A stretch of 64,000 bases of DNA, from positions 1,732 to 65,731 of the forward strand of contig DASXOE010000092.1 in the NCBI GenBank assembly GCA_036494575.1. The letters are read 5' to 3'. The DNA comes from Polyangia bacterium (GTDB taxonomy: Bacteria; Myxococcota_A; Polyangia; Fen-1088). Position 1 is the first letter of the stretch, and the number at the start of each line of letters is the position of its first letter. Of the stretch, positions 42,580 through 52,537 are shown one piece after another. Below the pieces are notes generated by a model. The model ran no database searches. It was not told the origin of the DNA and was given only the letters and a program-made list of their open reading frames with translations. The position numbers and the translations under genes are program-made.

Positions 42580-45500
42580 CAATCGACCGACGTCAAATGG
42601 TGCCGAATGGCGTCGCCGGCGCCGGTCGCCGGCACCTCGACGGGCAATGGCTCGCCGGGCTCGCGCCTGGCACCGCCGCGGCCGGCGAGCCGTTCGAAGA
42701 AAACGAAGAGCGCGGGAACGAAGAAGATGCCGAGCACGGTCGCCGCCAGCATCCCGGTCACGACGGTCGTGCCGAGCATGCGGCGGGCGGCCGCGCCCGC
42801 GCCCGCGGCGCCCCACAGCGGGAGGCATCCGAAGATGAAGGCGAACGAGGTCATCAAGATCGGGCGCAGGCGCAGACGGGCGCCCTCGAGGGCGGCGTCG
42901 ACGAGCGGCCGGCCTTGCTCGAGCCGCGCCTTGGCGAACTCGACGATGAGGATGGCGTTCTTAGCGGTGAGCCCGACCAGCATGACGAGCCCGATCTGCG
43001 CGTAGACGTTGCTGTCGAAGCGCCGCGCCAGGAGGCCGAGGAACGCGCCCAGCACGGCCACGGGCGTGCTCAGAAGGACGCTGAACGGCAGCGACCAGCT
43101 CTCGTAGAGCGCCGCCAAGATCAGGAAGACGAAGATCAACGACAGACCGAGGACCTTCACGGTGCCGCCTTGCGCGGCCTTCTCCTGGTAGGAGAGCGCG
43201 TTCCAGGCGTAGCCCATCTCGGGCGGCAGCGTCTCGGCCGCGACCTCCTCGAGCGCGGCGAGCGCCTGTCCCGAGCTGTACCCCGGCGCGGCCGCGCCGA
43301 TGATCTCAGCCGAGCGGAACAGGTCGAAGCGGACGGTGTACTCGGGGCCGGTCGTCGTGCGCACGCGGACGAACGCCGAAAGCGGGACCATCTCGCCCTT
43401 GGCGTTGCGGACGTAGAAGTCCTTGAGGTTGTCCGGATCGCGCCGGTACGTGGGCTCCGCCTGCACGAAGACCTTCCACTGGCGCGAGAAGCGCGTGAAG
43501 TCGTTGACGTAGGCGCCGCCCATGAACGCCTGGAGGCCGGCGTAGACGTCGGCGATGGGGACGCCCTGCTTCATGACCTTCTCCTTGTCGACCTCGGCGA
43601 AGATCTGCGGGACCGAGGGCGAGAAGTTCGGGTTGATGTTTTGCAGCTCGGGGCGCTTGCGGGCGGCGTCGACGAAGCGCTTGACGTTCTCGGCGAGGAA
43701 CGCCACGGTGCCGCCGCTGCGGTCCTGCAGGAACATGCTGAAGCCGCCCGCGGCGCTGATGCCGGGGATGGCGGGCGGCATGAGCGCGAAGACGCGCGCC
43801 TCGGGGATCTTCGCGAACGCCGCGTTGAGCTTGCCGACGATGGCCTTGGCCGTGAGATCGGGCCGCTCGCGCTCGCTCCAGGGCTTGAGGCCGATGAAGC
43901 CGGTGCCCGAGTAGCTCGCGGCCGAGCGCGTGAAGAAGCTGTATCCGGCGATCGTGTTGTACGTGCGGATCCCCTCGGTGCGGCCGAGGATGGCCTCGAT
44001 CTTCTTGAAGACGGCCTTCGTCCGCTGCAAGGAGGCGGCGTCGGGGAGCTGCACGCCGATGAGGGCGTAGCCGTTGTCCTCGTCGGGCAAGAACCCCGTG
44101 GGCAGCTTGCGGCCGATGGCGGCCGAGGCCACGCCGACGCCCACGAGCAGCACGAGCGGGATGGCGAGCTTGCGCACGAGCCGCGCGTTCGTGCTGATGT
44201 AGCCGTTCGTGACGCGCTCGAACGCGCGGTTGAAGCCGCGGCCGAGGCGGCCGAGAGGTCCTTTGGGCTCGCGGCGCGGACGCAGGAGCATGGCGGCCAG
44301 CGCCGGGCTGAGGGTGAGGGCGTTGAAGGCCGAGATGAGGACCGAGAACGCGATCGTGAGCGCGAACTGCTGGTAGAGCCGGCCCGTGATCCCCGCCATG
44401 AACGCCACCGGGATGAACACGGCCGCGAGGATGAGCGCGATGCCGATGACGGGCGCCTGGACCTCCGACATGGCCTTGAGGGTCGCCTCCCGCGGAGGCA
44501 TGCCCTCCTCGATGTGGTGCTCGACGGCCTCGACGACGACGATGGCGTCGTCGACGACGAGGCCGATCGCGAGCACGAGCGCGAAGAGCGACAGCGTGTT
44601 GATCGAGAAGCCCAGGAACGGAAACACGGCGAAGACGCCCACGAGCGAGACCGGCACCGTGAGCAGGGGGATCAACGTCGCGCGCCAGCTCTGCAGGAAG
44701 ATGAAGACGACGAGGACGACGAGGCCGATGGCCTCGGCCAGCGTGATGAGGATCTCCTCGATGCCCGCCTTCACGGGCGCGGTCGTGTCGAGCGAGATCT
44801 GGTAGTCCATGCCGGGCGGGAAGTGTGTCTTGAGCGTCTCCATCGTCGCGCGAACGGACGTCGCGACGTCGAGCGCGTTCGAGCCAGGCAGCTGGAAGGC
44901 CGCCACGACGCCCGCGGGCCGGCCGTTGAAGGCGCCCTCCTGCGCGTAGTTCAGCGAGCCCATCTCGATGCGCGCGACGTCGCGCACGCGCACCAGCGAG
45001 CCGTCGGTGTTCTCGCGCACGATGACGTCGCCGAACTCCTCGGGCGTCACGAGCCGCCCCTGCGCGCGCACGGTGTAGGTGAACTGCTGGCCGGGGGGCG
45101 CGGGCTCGGCGCCGACCTGGCCGGCCGGGTTGACGACGCTCTGGGCGCGCACGGCGTTCTCGACGTCGGTCACCGTGAGGCCGAGGCGCGCGAGGACGTC
45201 CGGCTTGAGCCAGATCCGCATGGCGTAGTCCGAGGCGCCGAGGTTGCGGATGTCGCCCACGCCGCGGATGCGCAGGAGCGCGTCGTTGACATTGATCGTC
45301 GCGTAGTTCGTCAAGAAGGAGGCGTCGTAGCGGCCGTCCGGCGAGTACAGCGAGATGACGATGAGCGGGAACGCCAGCGACTTCTTGATCGTGACGCCGA
45401 AGTTCTTGACGTCCTGGGGCAGGAACGTCTGCGCCTGCGAGAAGCGGTTCTGCACGAGGACGTTGTCGATGTCGATGTTGGTGCCGACGTCGAACGTCAC

Positions 45501-45776
45501 CTGCTGGGTCATGGTGCCGTCGTTGGCGTTCGTCGACTGGATGTAGAGCATGTTGTCGACGCCGTTGACCTGCTGCTCGATGGGCGTTGCCACCGATTGC
45601 TCGATCGTCGTCGCGTCGGCGCCGGTGAAGGTCGTCGTGAGGATGATCTGCGGCGGGATGATCTGCGGGAACTGGGCGATGGGCAGCCCCACGAGCGACA
45701 CGGCGCCCAGCATGACGGTCACGATCGCGATCACGATCGCGACGATGGGGCGGCGGATGAAGAATGCCGAGATCAC
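42579..45776 (-). CDS. RND multidrug efflux permease (AcrB/HAE1 family)
   Basis: 1065 aa with the canonical N-terminus ISAFFIRRPIVAIVIAIV. Has 12-TM organisation with two large periplasmic loops, plus the motifs GLVVDDAIVVVE and AKNAILIVEFA. Confidence 0.95.
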   Translation of the reverse strand: MISAFFIRRPIVAIVIAIVTVMLGAVSLVGLPIAQFPQIIPPQIILTTTFTGADATTIEQSVATPIEQQVNGVDNMLYIQSTNANDGTMTQQVTFDVGTNIDIDNVLVQNRFSQAQTFLPQDVKNFGVTIKKSLAFPLIVISLYSPDGRYDASFLTNYATINVNDALLRIRGVGDIRNLGASDYAMRIWLKPDVLARLGLTVTDVENAVRAQSVVNPAGQVGAEPAPPGQQFTYTVRAQGRLVTPEEFGDVIVRENTDGSLVRVRDVARIEMGSLNYAQEGAFNGRPAGVVAAFQLPGSNALDVATSVRATMETLKTHFPPGMDYQISLDTTAPVKAGIEEILITLAEAIGLVVLVVFIFLQSWRATLIPLLTVPVSLVGVFAVFPFLGFSINTLSLFALVLAIGLVVDDAIVVVEAVEHHIEEGMPPREATLKAMSEVQAPVIGIALILAAVFIPVAFMAGITGRLYQQFALTIAFSVLISAFNALTLSPALAAMLLRPRREPKGPLGRLGRGFNRAFERVTNGYISTNARLVRKLAIPLVLLVGVGVASAAIGRKLPTGFLPDEDNGYALIGVQLPDAASLQRTKAVFKKIEAILGRTEGIRTYNTIAGYSFFTRSAASYSGTGFIGLKPWSERERPDLTAKAIVGKLNAAFAKIPEARVFALMPPAIPGISAAGGFSMFLQDRSGGTVAFLAENVKRFVDAARKRPELQNINPNFSPSVPQIFAEVDKEKVMKQGVPIADVYAGLQAFMGGAYVNDFTRFSRQWKVFVQAEPTYRRDPDNLKDFYVRNAKGEMVPLSAFVRVRTTTGPEYTVRFDLFRSAEIIGAAAPGYSSGQALAALEEVAAETLPPEMGYAWNALSYQEKAAQGGTVKVLGLSLIFVFLILAALYESWSLPFSVLLSTPVAVLGAFLGLLARRFDSNVYAQIGLVMLVGLTAKNAILIVEFAKARLEQGRPLVDAALEGARLRLRPILMTSFAFIFGCLPLWGAAGAGAAARRMLGTTVVTGMLAATVLGIFFVPALFVFFERLAGRGGARREPGEPLPVEVPATGAGDAIRHHLTSVD

Positions 45777-45786
45777 GCCGCCGCCC

Positions 45787-46986
45787 TCAATGCCGCTCCG
45801 CCGAAGCGGCGGCCGACGCGGGCGCGAGCTCGGCGACGACGGTCGTGCCGTCGCTGACCTTCTGCACGCCGTCGACGACGACGCGCTCGCCGGCCTCGAC
45901 GCCCGAGCTCACGATCCTCGACCCGCCCGCCGCCGGGCCCACCTCGACGCGCCGGAGCTTCACCTTGCTGTCGGCGCCGACGACGGCGAGCGAATACGTC
46001 CCCTGGACCTGGATGAGCGCGTTTTCCGGGACGACGAGGGCGTTCGTGCCCACGTCGCGGCGGCGTATGCGCACGCGGCCGAACTGACCGGGCCGCAGGA
46101 AGTTGTCCGGGTTGGGGAACAGCGCCTGCAGTTGGATCGTGCCGGTCGTCGTGTCCACCTGGCGGTTGACCGCCACGATGACCCCGCGGTGGGGGTAGAC
46201 GCTGCCGTCCGAGAGCAGCAATTCGATGGTGTCGTCGAGCTTCTCGCCGCGCGCCATCCGCGCGAACTGCGCCTCGGCCCACGACCGATCGCGCCCGTCG
46301 AGCTGCTTGAGCCGATCGGCCGCCCTGACGTAGTCGATCTCGCTCATGGGGAAGCTCACGCGCAGGGGATCGACCTCCGACACGGTCGTCAGCAGCGTGG
46401 GGCCGTCCTGGCCGACGAGGTTCCCGACACGCACGAGGGCCAGGCCGGCGATCCCCGCGACCGGAGAGCGAATCTCCGTGTACGAGACGTTGAGCTCGGC
46501 CTGCCGGAGCTGCGCGGTGGCGGCGCGCACCTGATCGGCGGCGTCGCGCGCCGCGGCCTCGGCGTCCTCCAGCTCCTGGCGGCTGACGACGCGCGCGGCG
46601 CTCAGGTCCTGCCGCCGCTCGAGCTGAGCCTTGTTGTGGGCCGCGGCCGTCTCGGCGCGCGCCAGCGCCGCCTTCGCCGAGTCGAGCGCCGCTTGATACT
46701 CCGCGCGGTCGATCGTGAAGAGGAGCTGGCCCTGCTTGACGAACGCGCCGTCCTTGTACCGCTGCGCCCGCAGCAGCCCGCGAACGCGCGCGCGGATCTC
46801 GGCGTTGACGTAGCCGTCGAGGCTCCCCACGGCGTCGAGGTAGAGCGCCACGTTCTTGCGAAGGACAGGCGCGACGGTCACCGTCGGGGTCGGCGGCGGC
46901 GCCTTCGCCTTGGTCTCGGCGCACGCGGCGCCGAGCAGGGTCAGGCCCGCCAGCGCGAGGCCCGTCACGGCGTCGCGGCCTGGCAT
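45787..46986 (-). CDS. RND efflux periplasmic adaptor (AcrA-like MFP)
   Basis: ATG at 46986 with lipobox LLGAACAE. Lipoyl hairpin (GQLLFTIDRAEYQAAL ... SPVAGIAG), a coiled coil, and a beta-barrel C-terminus. Lies 10 nt upstream of the permease gene. Confidence 0.9.
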   Translation of the reverse strand: MPGRDAVTGLALAGLTLLGAACAETKAKAPPPTPTVTVAPVLRKNVALYLDAVGSLDGYVNAEIRARVRGLLRAQRYKDGAFVKQGQLLFTIDRAEYQAALDSAKAALARAETAAAHNKAQLERRQDLSAARVVSRQELEDAEAAARDAADQVRAATAQLRQAELNVSYTEIRSPVAGIAGLALVRVGNLVGQDGPTLLTTVSEVDPLRVSFPMSEIDYVRAADRLKQLDGRDRSWAEAQFARMARGEKLDDTIELLLSDGSVYPHRGVIVAVNRQVDTTTGTIQLQALFPNPDNFLRPGQFGRVRIRRRDVGTNALVVPENALIQVQGTYSLAVVGADSKVKLRRVEVGPAAGGSRIVSSGVEAGERVVVDGVQKVSDGTTVVAELAPASAAASAERH

Positions 46987-47005
46987 CCGTTGTTTCTCGT
47001 ATCGC

Positions 47006-47608
47006 TTACAGGGCATGGTCATCTCGAACGCCGAGCGCGGCGACGACGGTCTCGCACGTCGTGACCGTGGCCTGGCGAGGAAAGATCTTCTCGACGAGCA
47101 CCCTGTGGATCTCGGGGTCCGCGTCGACGCAGCCGTCCTCGACGACGAAGAGGCGATAGTCGGCGTCCGCGGCGTGACGGACCGTGGAAAGAATGACCCC
47201 GCTCGTCGAGATGCCCAGGAGGACGAGCGTGTCGATGTCGCGTGCGCGCAGGAGCATCTCGAGGTCCGTGCCGGCGAAGGCGCTCACCCGATGCTTGATC
47301 ACCGTGGGCTCTCCGTCCCGGGCCGCCAGCGTGTCGTGAATGGCCCCGTCTTGGGACCCCGGCAAGAACTTGCCGGAGCTCTTGATGGTGCCAAACGACT
47401 GATTGCGCGCGCTGATCTCGGGGTGGCCGGCCCGGAACCCGACGTTGACGTGCGCGACGAAGACGCCCGCGGCGCGGGCCGCCGCGAGCACCTCGGCCGC
47501 GCGCGGCAAGACCGGCGCCGCCCGTTCGGGCATACGCGCGACGATGCCATTCTGAAAGTCCATGAAGAGCACGGCACTCGAGCGGCGATCGAACGCTGCG
47601 ACGCTCAT
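47006..47608 (-). CDS. isochorismatase-family cysteine hydrolase
   Basis: AVLFMDFQNGIV, KHRVSAFAGTDLEMLLRARDIDTLVLLGISTSGVILSTVRHAADADY (family core). ATG at 47608. Confidence 0.85.
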   Translation of the reverse strand: MSVAAFDRRSSAVLFMDFQNGIVARMPERAAPVLPRAAEVLAAARAAGVFVAHVNVGFRAGHPEISARNQSFGTIKSSGKFLPGSQDGAIHDTLAARDGEPTVIKHRVSAFAGTDLEMLLRARDIDTLVLLGISTSGVILSTVRHAADADYRLFVVEDGCVDADPEIHRVLVEKIFPRQATVTTCETVVAALGVRDDHAL

Positions 47609-47756
47609 GGGCGGTTTCCGGCGGTGACTGACGACACGGTGAGCGGTTCCTAGCACGATTCAACCGGGGGTGATCGACCGGAGTCGCACCCTGAGGTGTT
47701 CGCCCCCTTACGGGGGGCCGCGGCTGCTCGTAGGATACGTTCAGCGGGAGGCAGCC

Positions 47757-48608
47757 ATGCGCAGACAGGTACAGAGGATCGTGAAGAGCAGCCAGGTCAT
47801 GGAGGGGGCGGGCGTTCACTTGCACCGGGCCATCGGGTTCGAGGCGCCCGAGCGTCACGACCCGTTTCTCCTGCTCGACGACTTTCGCTCGGATCTCCCC
47901 GACGACTACCGGCGCGGGTTCCCGTGGCATCCGCACCGAGGCATGGAGACCATCACCTACGTGCTGCGCGGCCAGGTCGAGCACGGGGACAGCCTCGGGA
48001 ACCGCGGCGTCATCGGGCCGGGCGACGTGCAGTGGATGAGCGCGGGCAGCGGGATCATTCATCAAGAGATGCCGAAGGGCGAGGCGAGCGGCGCCATGTA
48101 TGGCTTTCAGCTGTGGGCCAATCTGCCGGCCGCGCACAAGATGTCGGCGCCGCGTTACCGCGGCATCTCGGCGCGTGACATCCCCGAGGTGACGGACCAC
48201 GGCGGCGCCATCGTCAAGGTCATCGCGGGCACGGTGGCGGGCGTCACCGGGCCCGTGCGCGACGTCGTCACCCGCCCCGAGTACCTCGACGTGACGATCC
48301 CGCGCGGCGCTTCCTTCACCCACGCGACGCCACGCGGACACACCGTCTTCGCCTACGTCTTCGAAGGCGAGGGCCGGTTCGACGCCCCCGCCGGGAACCG
48401 CAGCCTCGTCGAGCTCGGCGACGGCACGTTCGTGACTGTCGCCGCCGCCGACGGCGCGGCGGTGCGCTTCCTCCTCGTGTCCGGCAAACCCATCGGCGAG
48501 CCCATCGCCTGGCGCGGTCCCATCGTCATGAACACGCAGGAAGAGCTGGAGACGGCCTTCGCGGAGCTCGAGACGAACACGTTCGTCAAGACGAAGGGCG
48601 CGCGGTGA
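47757..48608 (+). CDS. pirin-family protein
   Basis: The ATG at 47757 is preceded by GGGAGG. FPWHPHRGMETITYVLRGQVEHGDSLGNRGVIGPGDVQWMSAGSGIIHQEMP is the pirin cupin signature. Confidence 0.9.
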   Translation: MRRQVQRIVKSSQVMEGAGVHLHRAIGFEAPERHDPFLLLDDFRSDLPDDYRRGFPWHPHRGMETITYVLRGQVEHGDSLGNRGVIGPGDVQWMSAGSGIIHQEMPKGEASGAMYGFQLWANLPAAHKMSAPRYRGISARDIPEVTDHGGAIVKVIAGTVAGVTGPVRDVVTRPEYLDVTIPRGASFTHATPRGHTVFAYVFEGEGRFDAPAGNRSLVELGDGTFVTVAAADGAAVRFLLVSGKPIGEPIAWRGPIVMNTQEELETAFAELETNTFVKTKGAR

Positions 48609-49024
48609 CCACGGCCAGGGATGCGGCGACGACGCTGGTCGTGGCCGCCCACCTCGACGGCGGCGCCGCGCCGTATCTGCAGACGATCAAGGTCGGTCAC
48701 CACGTCGTGTCGTGCGACGAGCCCGCCTCGCGGGGCGGCGCCGACCTGGGGCCGTCTCCCTCGGGCCTGCTGGTCGCGGCCCTCGCGGGCTGCACGTCCA
48801 TCACGCTCGGCATGTACGCCGGGCGCAAAGGCTGGCAGCTGGGCGCCGTTCAGGTCGACGTCGAGTGGTTCCGCGGCAGCGACGGCGAACACATCGAACG
48901 GACCATTCACCTCGGCCGGGAGCTCACGGCCGAGCAGACGGCGCGCCTGCTCGAGATCGCCGAGAAGACGCCGGTCACGAAGACCCTGAAGCAAGGGGTG
49001 CCCATCGCGACGCGCCTCGGGTGA
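48605..49024 (+). CDS. OsmC-family protein
   Basis: The GTG start overlaps the pirin stop (GTGA at 48605-48608). GPSPSGLLVAALAGCTSITLGMYAGRKGW ... TPVTKTLKQG is typical of OsmC/Ohr-like proteins. Confidence 0.8.
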   Translation: MTTARDAATTLVVAAHLDGGAAPYLQTIKVGHHVVSCDEPASRGGADLGPSPSGLLVAALAGCTSITLGMYAGRKGWQLGAVQVDVEWFRGSDGEHIERTIHLGRELTAEQTARLLEIAEKTPVTKTLKQGVPIATRLG

Positions 49025-49061
49025 CAGATCGCCGGCTCAGTCGGGCTACACTGCGGCCCGC

Positions 49062-49607
49062 GTGGCCAAGGCCGAGAAACAGGCGTCGGACATCGTGCGC
49101 GCGGCGCAAGCCCTCGAGGACGAGATCGTGCGGCTCGAGGCCCTCTCGCGATCGGTGCGCAAGATTCGACTGAGCTCGGACAAGGCCCTCGCGCGCGCCG
49201 CGGCCGAGCTCAACGAGACGCTCGCGCTGCCGGACCAGCTGGCCCAGCGTCTCCAGGCCGTGGCCGCGGCGCTGGGCCGCATGCAGGAGCGCCAGCAGGC
49301 GGCGCTCGCGCCGCTGGCGGCGTTCGCCGGCGAGCTGCAACAGCGCGCGCAGCTCTTCGGAGAGCACATGCAGCGCTTCGGCGCGCTCGGACAGGCGGCG
49401 GGCGAGCTCAACGCCGAGCTCGCGGCGAGCCAGGGCGACCGCGCCGGTTTCGCTCGGGCCGAAGCGCGGCTACAGGAGCTCTCCGACGGCTCGCGCGCCG
49501 TCTTCGAGGCCGCGCGCGCCGCTGATTTTCCCGAGATCGCCCGCGAGGCCGACGTCTTGAAGCAGCGTATGGCCGCGCTGCGCAAGCGCCTCGCTCGGCC
49601 CGCGTAG
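49062..49607 (+). CDS. coiled-coil hypothetical protein
   Basis: GTG start. A 181-aa Ala/Leu/Glu/Arg/Gln-rich heptad-like sequence with no signal peptide and no recognised family. The coding call rests on length and on composition relative to the overlapping frames. Confidence 0.5.
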   Translation: MAKAEKQASDIVRAAQALEDEIVRLEALSRSVRKIRLSSDKALARAAAELNETLALPDQLAQRLQAVAAALGRMQERQQAALAPLAAFAGELQQRAQLFGEHMQRFGALGQAAGELNAELAASQGDRAGFARAEARLQELSDGSRAVFEAARAADFPEIAREADVLKQRMAALRKRLARPA

Positions 49608-49673
49608 GCTTGCGTATCATCAAAGGCCCTGCCTGCGAAATCGGACGGAAAGCGTCATGGACCTTCGAATGAA

Positions 49674-51185
49674 ATGGTGACTTCGCGCCTAGCTTCGATC
49701 TTGCCCTTCCCCCTGGTTGTCGCGCTCGCACTGGTCACCGGCGCGGGGGGCTGCTCCACGTCGGGGACCGCTGACCGACAGCCGCCCACGGGTGGTTCGG
49801 GCGGCGGAGGCGCCGCTGCTGGTCAGGCCGGTGGCGCCCCCGGTCAGGCTGGCGCCGCCGCCGATGGGTCGACGTCGAGCGGTGGCAGCCTCGGGACCGC
49901 CGGAACGTCTCCGCTCCCTCCATCGCCCGACGCCGGCCTGAGTGACGCGGGCACGGGCCAGGACGCGGAGGTCGTTCGCCCCGTGCTCGGCTCGCGGCCG
50001 GCGGATCCCGCATTTCAGTTCGACACGACCATCACCCAGGCGGTCCTCGAGCGGTATCTCTCGCGCTCGATCTCCTTCACTGAGCTCCTGCAAGACGACA
50101 TCACGCAGCCGGTCAGCGCCCGGGGCGTCGACCCGCTCGACAACGCGCGCATGCTCTTCGACAGCAAGGCCAAGTTCGTCGGGCGCGCCGTCTTCGTCTT
50201 TGGCGGGGAGTCCAATCTCGCGAGGAACCTGCAGCGGGCCAAACCCTTCGCGGACCTCTTGCACCAGGCGGATCCCGACATCATCTTCCAGGCCGGGGCG
50301 TTCGAGATCGTCACGACGCAGGTGGGGGCGATCGCCGTCCCCCCGAGCGTGCTGACCGAGTTCGGGCAGCCCGTCACCGCTCGCAACTTCGACTACACGG
50401 GCATGCTCTTCGCGAGCGGCAAGTTCGTGAACAACTGGGGCGCAGGCGGCTCGGTCCCGGACATGAGCCGGATCGAGACGCGCATGTGGTTCTACTTCCT
50501 TGCGACGAGCTACATCGACGCCGGCGCCGAGGCCATTCACTTCGGCCAGGTGAGCCTCATGGATCAAAACGATCCCGGGCACGTCGGGTGGTTCGACATG
50601 CTCGGCCGCGTGCGGGCCTACGCCCGCCTGCACGCGCGCAGGCACATGGTCCTGTGCGACGCGCACACGCCCACGGGCGGGATCGTCGAAGGCGGCAAGC
50701 TCTTGTTCGACAGCCACGCGTTCCCGCTGCGCATCGAGGAGGTGGCGGGGATGCCGTTCAAGGGCCAGCTGCGCGTCGGATACGCCGACTCGCTCTACAC
50801 GAAGAGCAAGGGTGGCGTGACGCCGAGCGGCTGGTCGTGCGCGCACCTGCCTTACATGGTGGAGTTCGACAACTTCGGGCGCAGCAACCCCGGGCACACG
50901 AGCAACGCTCCGTTCATCTGGGGTTGGGACGAGATCACGTGGTTCGCCCAGCAGGCCGTCGCCGATCGCAACGCCTGGCTGCAGTACGCCTGGCAGTGGG
51001 TTCCCGCGCACGATCCCGTGGGCCACCTCGAGATGCCCGGCAGCCGCGTGCTGTCCCCGGGAGCCGAGGGGGGACCGACGTGGTATTGGGCCAACACGAA
51101 GAGCGCGGCGTGCCCGACGGGGTTCGACACCGAGGCGACCATCCGCGCGCTGTGGAGCGGCGGCGGTCCCGACGGCGGCGTATAG
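49674..51185 (+). CDS. hypothetical lipoprotein (possibly TIM-barrel glycosidase-like)
   Basis: ATG at 49674. Lipobox TGAGGCSTSG, a Gly/Ala/Ser linker, and a ~400-aa Trp/aromatic-rich domain (WFYFLATSYIDAGAEAIHFGQVSL ... FIWGWDEITWF). The fold suggestion is a guess. Confidence 0.7.
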   Translation: MVTSRLASILPFPLVVALALVTGAGGCSTSGTADRQPPTGGSGGGGAAAGQAGGAPGQAGAAADGSTSSGGSLGTAGTSPLPPSPDAGLSDAGTGQDAEVVRPVLGSRPADPAFQFDTTITQAVLERYLSRSISFTELLQDDITQPVSARGVDPLDNARMLFDSKAKFVGRAVFVFGGESNLARNLQRAKPFADLLHQADPDIIFQAGAFEIVTTQVGAIAVPPSVLTEFGQPVTARNFDYTGMLFASGKFVNNWGAGGSVPDMSRIETRMWFYFLATSYIDAGAEAIHFGQVSLMDQNDPGHVGWFDMLGRVRAYARLHARRHMVLCDAHTPTGGIVEGGKLLFDSHAFPLRIEEVAGMPFKGQLRVGYADSLYTKSKGGVTPSGWSCAHLPYMVEFDNFGRSNPGHTSNAPFIWGWDEITWFAQQAVADRNAWLQYAWQWVPAHDPVGHLEMPGSRVLSPGAEGGPTWYWANTKSAACPTGFDTEATIRALWSGGGPDGGV

Positions 51186-51200
51186 ATCCAGGCGTCCGCG

Positions 51201-51563
51201 TCAGTTGTCGGGCGCGTCGCAGTAGAGCCAGCCGAGGAGGGTCGTGAGCTCGTCCACCGACAGCGGCGGCGATCCCACCCGCGGCATTCGACAGTCGCGC
51301 ACCTGCAGGAGGATGTCGATCTGGACCTTCTTCACGTCGGCATAGGTCTGATACGGGCGGCTCGGCTCGATGCCCGTGGGGGAGTGGCATCCAGCGGCGC
51401 AGCGCTGCTGGATGATGGGCGCCACGTCGGTGGCGTAGCTCGGCGCGGGGGTGGGGCACGTCGACGAAACCACCGGACAATTCGGGGCCGGCGCCGCGCC
51501 GCCGCAGCCGGCGCCCAGGGCGGCCACGCCGGCGACGAGACACCCGAGGAGTCGACGCCGCAT
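51201..51563 (-). CDS. small lipoprotein with PSCyt1-like CxxCH domain
   Basis: Lipobox ALGAGCGG. VAPIIQQRCAAGCHSP ... CRMPRVGSPPLSVDELTTLLGWLYCDAP matches the CxxCH ... MP ... L..W pattern. Confidence 0.7.
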   Translation of the reverse strand: MRRRLLGCLVAGVAALGAGCGGAAPAPNCPVVSSTCPTPAPSYATDVAPIIQQRCAAGCHSPTGIEPSRPYQTYADVKKVQIDILLQVRDCRMPRVGSPPLSVDELTTLLGWLYCDAPDN

Positions 51564-51674
51564 GCCTGCAGTGTGGCACAGGCGAAAGCCTCGAATTCTT
51601 CTGACCGCGTGATTCGGCGTCGTGCGAAAATTTTATGCAGCGTGCTCGGCCTCCCGACGCACTAGGCTCCGTGT

Positions 51675-52421
51675 ATGTCGATCCCTCAGAGGAGGATTCT
51701 TTCGTCGTCCGCCTTCGTCTGGGCGCTCGCCCTCGTGGCGCCGTCCGGCGCCGGCTGCGGCGGCAGCGACTCGCAGCCGCCGACCTCCACGGCCGCCGCG
51801 GTCACCGGCCCGGCCGACATGCACTGCATCGACAACGGCGTCGAGATCAATCAGGCCATCGGAATGTGCCTCGTCGACGACGGCGGCACGACTGCGGCGC
51901 TCTCGGCTGACGACGGCGGCGCCGACGCAGCCTCGACGGACGCCGCCGCAGCCGCAGCCGACGCCGGCTCGTCGGGCGTCGACACCGGCGGTTCGGACGA
52001 CGGAGGCGCCGGCGATGGCGATGGCGGGGATGACGGTGGCGGTACCACGAGTGACTATGGACCCACGCTGTACAACGCCGAGGGCGACGACGACGACTGC
52101 AAGTACCACGTGACGTGGACGTCGACGGCGGTCAAGGAAAACGTCGGCGTGACGTTCTATGTGACAGCCATTCGTCGAGCAGACGGCGAGCCCGCGACGG
52201 GCGCCGACGTGGTGCTCGAGGTCTACCGCACCACCACGCACCCGACGCCATCGCTGGACATTCCGAACACAGAGTCGGCCGGCGGCAAGTACAAGGTCGG
52301 TCCCGTGATCTTCGACGAGCCAGGAATCTGGACCGTGCGTTTTCACTTCTACGAGACCTGCTCCGACGAGCCGGCAGATTCACCGCATGGTCACGCAGCG
52401 TTCCGAGTCAACGTTCCGTGA
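51675..52421 (+). CDS. YtkA-like (Ig-fold) lipoprotein
   Basis: Lipobox PSGAGCGG and an acidic Gly/Asp linker. C-terminal CKYHVTWTSTAVKENVGVTFYVTAIRRADGEPATGADVVLEVY ... GKYKVGPVIFDEPGIWTVRFHFYE ... PHGHAAFRVNV. Confidence 0.65.
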   Translation: MSIPQRRILSSSAFVWALALVAPSGAGCGGSDSQPPTSTAAAVTGPADMHCIDNGVEINQAIGMCLVDDGGTTAALSADDGGADAASTDAAAAAADAGSSGVDTGGSDDGGAGDGDGGDDGGGTTSDYGPTLYNAEGDDDDCKYHVTWTSTAVKENVGVTFYVTAIRRADGEPATGADVVLEVYRTTTHPTPSLDIPNTESAGGKYKVGPVIFDEPGIWTVRFHFYETCSDEPADSPHGHAAFRVNVP

Positions 52422-52537
52422 ACGCTCCGCAGGATGATCCGATGAGCCCGCACGCCCACGTCACGTTCAAGCTCGACGTTCTATGAGCCGACGGCGTCGC
52501 CCTCGGGCGGCGCTCGTGACATGATGAAGCGGCAGCG